A stretch of DNA of 33,039 nt from Burkholderiales bacterium (lineage in GTDB: Bacteria; Pseudomonadota; Gammaproteobacteria; Burkholderiales; CAIKXV01): contig JACMMK010000128.1 of the NCBI GenBank assembly GCA_014379045.1, positions 1-33,039 of the forward strand, in the 5' to 3' direction. This document shows, in pieces, positions 26,481 through 33,039 of this stretch. Every line of letters begins with the position of its first letter. Position 1 is the first letter of the stretch. The translations under genes and the position numbers were made by a program. The notes under the pieces are model-generated. The model did no database searches, was not told the DNA's origin, and saw only the letters and a list, made by a program, of their open reading frames with translations.

Positions 26481-27338
26481 TCAGGGTCGTCCCTCGTTCG
26501 GGAAGCGACGTTGCAGGAACGACATCGCGTCGCGTGCACAGCGATCGGGCAGATAGTCGCAGATGTTGTGATTGGCGCTTTCGTAGTCGAGCCGTTCGCT
26601 GCCGATGATCAGGCGCTGCATCTCGTCGTACGCGGAGGCATTGCCGATCGAGTCGCCGGCGGGCGCGACGATCAGCGTCGGGCAACGGATTCGTGCCAGG
26701 TCCGGCATCCAGTACTGCGTCGTCATGTACAGCACGAAGCGCCGGACGAACACCGGGTCGTTGCGTGCAATCTCGTCGAGGAACCAGTCGATGTGGGGCT
26801 GGCTCAGCTGCGCCGTCGGCAGGCGTTCATCGAGGGTCTCGGCGATGAAGGTGCGCAACCCCCGACGTTCCATCTCGGGAATCCAGGCCGCGCCGTTGCT
26901 GTCCTTGAATCCGGGGCGCGAGGCAAACAGCAGCAGGCTCGATACGCGCGCAGGGTCTTCGATCGCAAGCCGCTGCGCGAGATAACCGCCGCCCGAAACA
27001 CCGAGCAGATGGGCCGTCGTGATCCCGAGGTGGTCGAGCAACTCGACCAGATCCTGGGTGAGCCGGGCGAGGGTAAGCGGCGTGTCGGCTGGCGGCACTG
27101 CGGAACAGCCGTGTCCGCGCAGATCCATCCGCACCACCCGATACGTCCGCGCGAAGTACGGCACCAGCGCGTACAGCCGCCGCATGCTGCTCATAGCCGA
27201 ATGGAGCATCACCACCGTCGGTGCGCGGGCCCAGGGGTCGGTGAAATCGTCGATGCGGTAGGCGATGTCGATGCCGTCACTGGTGATCGTGTGCTGTACA
27301 TCGTCGCGGTGCGCGCGCATCGGCGCTCCTTTCGTCAT
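26481..27338 (-). CDS. Alpha/beta hydrolase (enol-lactonase-like)
   Basis: DLRGHG, nucleophile elbow GVSGGG, IRCPTLIV..GD, C-terminal His (ANHNI). Start overlaps the upstream stop. Confidence 0.88.
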   Translation of the reverse strand: MTKGAPMRAHRDDVQHTITSDGIDIAYRIDDFTDPWARAPTVVMLHSAMSSMRRLYALVPYFARTYRVVRMDLRGHGCSAVPPADTPLTLARLTQDLVELLDHLGITTAHLLGVSGGGYLAQRLAIEDPARVSSLLLFASRPGFKDSNGAAWIPEMERRGLRTFIAETLDERLPTAQLSQPHIDWFLDEIARNDPVFVRRFVLYMTTQYWMPDLARIRCPTLIVAPAGDSIGNASAYDEMQRLIIGSERLDYESANHNICDYLPDRCARDAMSFLQRRFPNEGRP

Positions 27339-29629
27339 TGCCCGAGCCGCCGGGACGCGTCGATCATGTGCCAGAGGCGTGAAGGAGAGAGTGGCAATTC
27401 GCGCGGCTGGATGCCCAGCGGCGCGAGCGCCGCGGCGACGGCGTTGGCGATCACCCCGCCCACGGGAATGATGCCGCCTTCCCCCGCACCTTTGGCGCCG
27501 AGCGGATTATGCGGCGACGGATACTGCTCGAGCGACACCGCCCGGATGTTCGGAAACGACATCGCCGTCGGCAGCAGATAGTCGGCGAGCGTCCCGGTCA
27601 TCAGTTGTGCCTGATCGTCGTAGACGAGGTGCTCGAGTAGGGTCGCACCCAGGCCCTGCACGATGGCGCCGAGCACCTGCCCGTGCAAGGTCATCGGGTT
27701 GATGATGCGACCGACATCCTCGACGGCCACATAGTCGATCAGTTCCAGCGCCCCCGTGCGCGCGTCGATCGCGACATGCGCCGCATGCGCGCCGTAGCTG
27801 TAGGTGCGCCGATTACTGGCGAAGGTACCGTCGACGCTGAAGCCTTCGGCCGACAGCTCGGTGAGCGTGCGCAGCAGACCGCCCGCCGACACCGTCGACA
27901 GCCCGTCGCCCAGTTCCACGGCTTCGGGCGCACAACCGAACTGCGCTGCCGCGGCGCGCCGGATCGCCGCTTTCAGATTGCTCGCGGCATCGAGCAGCGC
28001 CGACCCACCCATCACCGTCGCGCGTGAGGCGTTCGATCCCCAACCTTCAGCGACGAGCGTCGTCGACCCGTGAAACACGTCGCGAATCCGGTTGATCGGA
28101 ACGCCCAACGCATCGGCGGTGATCTGCGCGAAGATCGTCTCGATCCCCTGCCCCACCGACGACGATCCGACGTAGACCGTGATCGCACCGTCGGGGGCCA
28201 TCGCGAGGCGCACGTTCTCGCGCGGCCCGGTTCCGCCACCCTCCAGATAGCAACCGATGCCGAGGCCATGATGTCGGCCATCGGCGCGGCGGCCCTGTTG
28301 CGGTGACTCGACCGCCCAGCCGATCTCGTCGAGGCAACGCTGCAAGGTCACCGAATAGTCGCCGCTGTCGGTTTCACCGCGGGTGCCGAGCGGATGCACG
28401 ATCGGCAATGCGTGCGGGATCTCCGCGGTCGACAGCAGATTGCGCTGGCGAAATGCGACCCGGTCCAGGCCCAGCTCGGCGGCAGCGATATCGAACAGCC
28501 GCTCGCGAAAGAAATCGCACTCGAAGCGGCCGGGGCCGCGATAGCTCGCAACCGGCGTCTTGGTCGTGAGCACCATCGAGACGTCCATGTGCAGATTTGG
28601 CACGCGGTACGGGCCACCGATCATCTGCGCAAGATTGCGCTGCGCGGTGATCGCGTTGGGGCGCAGGTATGCGCCCATGTCCGCCACCGCGATCCCGCGC
28701 AGCGCGAGGATCGTGCCATCGCGCCGGCACGCGATCTCCAGCTCGCACTCGACCTCGCGCGCCGGGCTGGTCGCCAGCAGATGCTCGCTGCGGTCCTCGA
28801 CCCACTTCACCGGTCGCCCGAGCAGGCGGGCCGCGTACGGCACCAGAAAATCTTCCGGATAGAACTCACCGCGTACACCGAAGCCGCCGCCCGCGTCGTT
28901 CTCGATGACCTCCACACAGGCTTCCGGAAGCTCCATCAGGCGCGCGAGGATGGCTCGGGTAGCGAACGGCACCTTGATCGCGCCGAACGCGCGCAGCCGT
29001 CCGGCCTGCGCATCCCAATGCGCGAGCACGCCGCGCGTCTCGAGCGGCACCGCGGCGTGGCGCTGCACCCGCATGCGTTCGCGGCGAACGAAGTCCGCAA
29101 CTTCGATCGCGGCACCTGCATCCCCGTGCAAGCCAGTCAGTGTGAAAGCGTGATTCGTACCCTCGTCCTCGAACAGCAACGCGCTCCCGGTCTGTGAAGC
29201 CAGCGCGTGCGGGACGGACGGCAGCGCATCGATCTCGACCGAGATGGCGGACAGCGCATCCTCGGCGAGCGCCGCGGTATCCGCAACCACCACGGCGATC
29301 GGCTCGCCGACGTAGCGGACCTTGCGGTCGGCAATCACCGGTTGCTCGAAACGCGTGAGTTCGCCGCGTGCCTCGATACGGACCGGAATCCTCGGCACCG
29401 CGGCGCCGAATTCGTCTGCCGTGAACACCGCGTGCACCCCGGGCATCGCCCGCGCCGCGGCGGTGGCGATCGACCGGATGCGACCGTGCGCGATCGCACT
29501 GCGATAGATCACCGCATGCAACACGCCGTCGGGCGCCAAGTCATCCACATAACAACCCTGTCCCCGAAGGAAGCGGGCGTCCTCGAGGCGCTCGACCGCG
29601 CGTCCGACGTACGGACCCTCAGCGTTCAT
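27335..29629 (-). CDS. Xanthine dehydrogenase/CoxL-family molybdopterin-binding subunit
   Basis: R.ED.RFLRG.G.YVDD, VRYVGEP.A.V, GGGFG, YRGPGR, GQG.ET, DVGR.INP...GQ..G...QG.G, GAKG.GE.G. Confidence 0.93.
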   Translation of the reverse strand: MNAEGPYVGRAVERLEDARFLRGQGCYVDDLAPDGVLHAVIYRSAIAHGRIRSIATAAARAMPGVHAVFTADEFGAAVPRIPVRIEARGELTRFEQPVIADRKVRYVGEPIAVVVADTAALAEDALSAISVEIDALPSVPHALASQTGSALLFEDEGTNHAFTLTGLHGDAGAAIEVADFVRRERMRVQRHAAVPLETRGVLAHWDAQAGRLRAFGAIKVPFATRAILARLMELPEACVEVIENDAGGGFGVRGEFYPEDFLVPYAARLLGRPVKWVEDRSEHLLATSPAREVECELEIACRRDGTILALRGIAVADMGAYLRPNAITAQRNLAQMIGGPYRVPNLHMDVSMVLTTKTPVASYRGPGRFECDFFRERLFDIAAAELGLDRVAFRQRNLLSTAEIPHALPIVHPLGTRGETDSGDYSVTLQRCLDEIGWAVESPQQGRRADGRHHGLGIGCYLEGGGTGPRENVRLAMAPDGAITVYVGSSSVGQGIETIFAQITADALGVPINRIRDVFHGSTTLVAEGWGSNASRATVMGGSALLDAASNLKAAIRRAAAAQFGCAPEAVELGDGLSTVSAGGLLRTLTELSAEGFSVDGTFASNRRTYSYGAHAAHVAIDARTGALELIDYVAVEDVGRIINPMTLHGQVLGAIVQGLGATLLEHLVYDDQAQLMTGTLADYLLPTAMSFPNIRAVSLEQYPSPHNPLGAKGAGEGGIIPVGGVIANAVAAALAPLGIQPRELPLSPSRLWHMIDASRRLGQ

Positions 29630-30677
29630 GCGCTGCGCCCCGCGCCGAATCGTCGTGCCGGCCGGGCGGAGCAGAAAACGCCATCGCGTTGGCGCGGATG
29701 CGCCCGACCACGGCGCCCGTGCTGTTCAGTACCGGCGGTTCTGCCAACGCCGCCAGGGCCTGCGCCTCGGATGCATCGAGCAGGCCCAGCGCAGACAGCA
29801 GCGCCAGCAGCGCCGGCACCCGCGCGCGCGCCTCCCCGTCGGTGATCTTCAACGCGAGGCCCAATCCCTGCCTCGGTACGAATGCGCATAGGAAGCCTTC
29901 CGCGCCCGTCTTCATAATGATGCGTCCCCGCGTCGCACGGACAAGCATCACCGCCGGTTGGTCGGTGCCGGACAGCAGGTGCGGATGCGCGCGCATCGCC
30001 TCCTGGATCGCGACGATCGCCGCACGGCGTCGCGGCGATGCAACGCGCGCGTCGGCGAACCGCGCCATCAGCACCGCCATCGTGGCGACCGGCAACGCAG
30101 CCGCCGGCAGCGCACACCCGTCCACACCGAACGGCAATGCGCTCGCATCGGCGCCGGTCAACTCGGAGAGGGCATCGAGATAGCGCTGCTGCGCGGGGTG
30201 CTGCAGTCGATCGTAGTCGTGCAGCGACCAGCCCTCGTGTTGGGCGACGGCAAGAAAGCCGCAGTGCTTGCCCGAACAATTGTGGAAGATTCGCTGGCGG
30301 GGACGGCCCGCGATGAGGGCCGCGGCTGCCGCCGCCTCATCGGCAGGACGGTCCTCACCGCAGACGAGCGCTTCCTGATCCAACCCCAGCACGTCCAGCC
30401 ACTCGGTGACCAGCGTGCTGTGAACGGGCTCGCCGCGATGCGAAGCACAGGCGATGGCAAGGTGTCGCGGGGTCAGCCCATCGTCCCGATACGCGCCCGA
30501 CTCGACCAGCGCGATCGCCTGGACCGGCTTCAGCGCAGAACGCGGATACGTGACCAGCGCGGTGTCGCCCCACCCGGCAATGATCTCGCCCTGGGCGTTG
30601 GCGACCGCAGCGACCCCCGCATGCGCGCTCTCGACCAGCGGGCCGCGCCAGACTTCGACCATCCTCGGCGACGACAT
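29619..30677 (-). CDS. L-asparaginase II (Rhizobium AnsA-type) family protein
   Basis: RG..VES.H, RSALKP.QA, CASH.GE, NCSGKH, DGC, KTGAEG, KITDG. ATG at 30677 sits just after the upstream Bug stop. Confidence 0.9.
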   Translation of the reverse strand: MSSPRMVEVWRGPLVESAHAGVAAVANAQGEIIAGWGDTALVTYPRSALKPVQAIALVESGAYRDDGLTPRHLAIACASHRGEPVHSTLVTEWLDVLGLDQEALVCGEDRPADEAAAAAALIAGRPRQRIFHNCSGKHCGFLAVAQHEGWSLHDYDRLQHPAQQRYLDALSELTGADASALPFGVDGCALPAAALPVATMAVLMARFADARVASPRRRAAIVAIQEAMRAHPHLLSGTDQPAVMLVRATRGRIIMKTGAEGFLCAFVPRQGLGLALKITDGEARARVPALLALLSALGLLDASEAQALAALAEPPVLNSTGAVVGRIRANAMAFSAPPGRHDDSARGAAHER

Positions 30678-30693
30678 CGGCACCGTCTGCCCG

Positions 30694-31773
30694 TCAGTCG
30701 AGGGTGACATTGGCCGCGCGCGCCACCTTGAACCACTTGTCCGACTCCGCCTGGAAGAACGCGGCGAACTCCTCGGGCGTGCTGCCGACGACGATGCCAC
30801 CCATCTCGATGATCCGGTCGCGTACTTCGGGCGTCCTCAGTGCGCGCGTCATGTCCGCGTTGACGCGGTGGACGATGTCGCGCGGAACGCCCGCCGGCAT
30901 CGCGATGCCCTGCCAGGAACTGCCGACGACGCCTTTTTGCCCCGACTCGTCCAGCGTCGGGACGTTGGGCAGCGCGGGCAGGCGCTGCGCAGTCGAGACT
31001 GCGATAGGTCGCAGGCGGCCATCGCGCACATACGGCATCAGTCCAACGGACAGATTGAACGCAAGTTCGACCCGCCCCGCCAGCTGATCGGTCAATTGAC
31101 CGCCGCCGGTGCCTTTGTAGGTCATCAGCACGATATCGAGGCCGGCGCGTTGTTTCAGCATTTCCATCATCAGCTGCGGCGTGGCCCCGCCACCGCTCGA
31201 CGCGTAATTCAGCGCGCCGGGGCGTCGCTTGGCCAGCGCGACCAGATCGGCAACGCTCTTCACCGGAAGAGACGGGTGAACGAGCAGCAGCAGCGGCAGC
31301 TCAGTGACGAGCGTGACGTGCGAGAAGTCCTTCAGCGAATCGAAGCCGGCGTTGGACGACAGACGTGACGCCACCGACTGCGCCGGCGATACCGAACACA
31401 TCGTGTAACCGTCCGGCGCCGCGCGCACACACAGCGTGGTACCGATGTTGCCGCCCGCGCCGGGGCGGTTCTCGACGATCACCGGCACCGGCCACGTGTC
31501 GCTCAGGGTCTTGGCCATCATCCGTCCGAGTACGTCGGTCGAGCCCCCGGGCGGGTAGGAAAGAATCATCCGCGCGGGCTTCGACGGGTAGGCGACCTGC
31601 GCTTGCGCCCAGCCCGCCGGAATCGATGTCGAGAACACGAGCACCGAAAGCGCGCGCAATAGGCGCCTTGCCGCAAGCGACCGAACGCTCGGCCGCGCGT
31701 TCCTGCCAGGCGGGCGACGCGCGACGCCGCGCACGCGCAAACGCCGCGCGCAGTTTCCTTCGGTGCAGAACAT
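30694..31773 (-). CDS. Bug/TctC family substrate-binding protein (start uncertain, ~31680-31782)
   Basis: YPSKP.R.I..YPPGGSTD, ENRPGAGGNIG, PDGYT, YKG, PNVPT..ESG. The ORF-track extension to 32187 overlaps the divergent gene and is rejected. Confidence 0.88.
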   Translation of the reverse strand: MFCTEGNCARRLRVRGVARRPPGRNARPSVRSLAARRLLRALSVLVFSTSIPAGWAQAQVAYPSKPARMILSYPPGGSTDVLGRMMAKTLSDTWPVPVIVENRPGAGGNIGTTLCVRAAPDGYTMCSVSPAQSVASRLSSNAGFDSLKDFSHVTLVTELPLLLLVHPSLPVKSVADLVALAKRRPGALNYASSGGGATPQLMMEMLKQRAGLDIVLMTYKGTGGGQLTDQLAGRVELAFNLSVGLMPYVRDGRLRPIAVSTAQRLPALPNVPTLDESGQKGVVGSSWQGIAMPAGVPRDIVHRVNADMTRALRTPEVRDRIIEMGGIVVGSTPEEFAAFFQAESDKWFKVARAANVTLD

Positions 31774-31840
31774 CATTAGCATCCCTGATCTGCGCGCGCC
31801 TTCCGAAGACGCGCTCCATCGTTGAAAGAGAGCCCCACCG

Positions 31841-33039
31841 ATGCCCGCAACACACGCCGTCGCCGGCGCCCGGCTCGCCGTCGACATCGGCGGCACCTTC
31901 ACCGATATCGTACTGGAGGCGCGCGGCACGCGCTGGACCGGCAAGGTATTGACGACCCCGCGCGCGCCGGAAGAAGCCGTGGTGATCGCGATCGACGAGA
32001 TCCTCGCGCGCGCCTCGCTCGAGCCCGCGGCGCTCGGTTTGTTCATCCTCGGCACCACGCTCGCCACCAACGCGCTGATCGAACGCAAGGGGGCGAAGAC
32101 GGCGCTGGTGACGACGCAGGGCTTCCGCGATCTGGTCGAGATCGGCTGGGAGCACCGCTTCGCGCAGTACGACATCTTTCTGGACAAGCCGGCGCAATTG
32201 GTGCCGCGCTATCTGCGTCTGCCGGTTCCCGAACGCATCGACGCGCAGGGACGCGTGCTGCTGCCGCTCGACGAAGCCGCAGTGAACGCACTCGTGCCCG
32301 GGCTCGAGCGCGAGGGTGTGGAGAGCGTAGCGGTCGCCTTCCTGCAAAGCTTCGTCAATGCGGATCACGAGCGCCGCACCCGCGACCTGCTGCAGAAGGC
32401 GCTGCCGGACCTGTGGATCACGCTGTCCTCCGACGTCTGCCCCGAGATCCGTGAGTACGAGCGCATCTCGACGACCTGTGCGAACGCGTACGTCCAGCCG
32501 GTGATGGCCGGTTACCTCAACCGCCTCGGCGCGCGGCTGAAGGCGATGCACATCGATTGCCCGGTATTCCTGATGACCTCCGGCGGTGCGTTGTGCACGC
32601 TGGGGATGGGCGCCGCGGAGCCGGTGCGACTGGTCGAGTCGGGTCCGGCCGGCGGGGCGATCCTTGCGCGCACCGTCGCCGAGAGCGTCGGCGCAAAGCG
32701 TGCGCTGTCCTTCGACATGGGCGGCACCACGGCGAAAATCTGTTTCATCGACCACTACGAGCCTGAAATCTCGCGCAGTTTCGAGTTCGGACGGATGTAT
32801 CGCTTCATGAAGGGGAGCGGGCTGCCGATCCGTATCCCGGTCATCGAGATGGTCGAGATCGGTGCGGGGGGCGGCTCGATCGCGCGCGTCGACGACCTCG
32901 AACGCATCCAGGTCGGGCCCGACAGTGCCGGGTCGGAGCCGGGCCCGGCGTGCTATGCGCGCGGCGGCACGCATGCGACCGTGACCGACGCCGACTGTGC
33001 GATGGGCCTGCTCGATCCGCGACGATTCGCCGGCGGTCG
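31841..33039 (+). CDS. Hydantoinase/5-oxoprolinase A subunit family protein, 3'-truncated by the window edge
   Basis: Read directly from ATG 31841: MPATHAVAGARLAVDIGGTFTD...KVLTTP...GTTLATNALIERKGAKT..TT.GFRD...REYER.ST..ANAYVQP...ESGPAGG...DMGGTT...IGAGGGS...GP.SAGS.PGPACY..GG...TVTDA. The frame stays open to the end, which is why it is missing from the ORF track. Confidence 0.93.
   Translation, partial: MPATHAVAGARLAVDIGGTFTDIVLEARGTRWTGKVLTTPRAPEEAVVIAIDEILARASLEPAALGLFILGTTLATNALIERKGAKTALVTTQGFRDLVEIGWEHRFAQYDIFLDKPAQLVPRYLRLPVPERIDAQGRVLLPLDEAAVNALVPGLEREGVESVAVAFLQSFVNADHERRTRDLLQKALPDLWITLSSDVCPEIREYERISTTCANAYVQPVMAGYLNRLGARLKAMHIDCPVFLMTSGGALCTLGMGAAEPVRLVESGPAGGAILARTVAESVGAKRALSFDMGGTTAKICFIDHYEPEISRSFEFGRMYRFMKGSGLPIRIPVIEMVEIGAGGGSIARVDDLERIQVGPDSAGSEPGPACYARGGTHATVTDADCAMGLLDPRRFAGG

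Noticed and set aside
31301-32974. 557-aa minus-strand ORF and the 5' extension of the Bug ORF to 32187
   Set aside because: Antisense to the clearly recognisable hydantoinase/oxoprolinase gene starting at 31841.
1-33039. CRISPR array, tRNA/rRNA, IS element or integrase marking an island boundary
   Set aside because: No regularly spaced repeats, RNA gene signatures or recombinase motifs seen by eye. Mobility of the 5' cluster cannot be supported from this window.

Overview
High-GC, proteobacterial-looking window (three Bug/TctC receptors and a PEP-CTERM-type sorting tail suggest a Betaproteobacterium; inference only). It has two parts. (1) Bases ~1-11.3 kb form a cluster dense in nucleotide-signalling/conflict domains: two helical hypothetical proteins, a membrane-anchored TIR protein, a three-module protein (deoxyribosyltransferase/DUF4071-like N-terminus + TPR repeats + SLOG-like C-terminus), a patatin phospholipase, an opposite-strand multi-pass membrane protein with a TIR/NDT-like C-terminus, a triple TIR-like protein, and an overlapping nSTAND1-type NTPase with a TM helix and a small extracytoplasmic domain. 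This is the best candidate for an uncharacterised immune or signalling system. (2) Bases ~11.3-33 kb hold ordinary to accessory metabolism: rhodanese, fasciclin and a divergent TetR with a likely operator, EamA, a metal-ligand-less M24-fold enzyme, Bug, uup, DUF4149, a sigma54/NtrC-type cyanate ABC transporter + cynS operon, a DUF4394 VPLPA/PEP-CTERM protein, and a putative N-compound catabolic cluster (ornithine cyclodeaminase family, two closely related Bug paralogues, alpha/beta hydrolase, orphan Mo-hydroxylase large subunit, AnsA-type asparaginase, truncated hydantoinase/oxoprolinase). I saw no rRNA, tRNA, CRISPR array, integrase or transposase. All domain calls come from reading motifs by eye, not from database searches.
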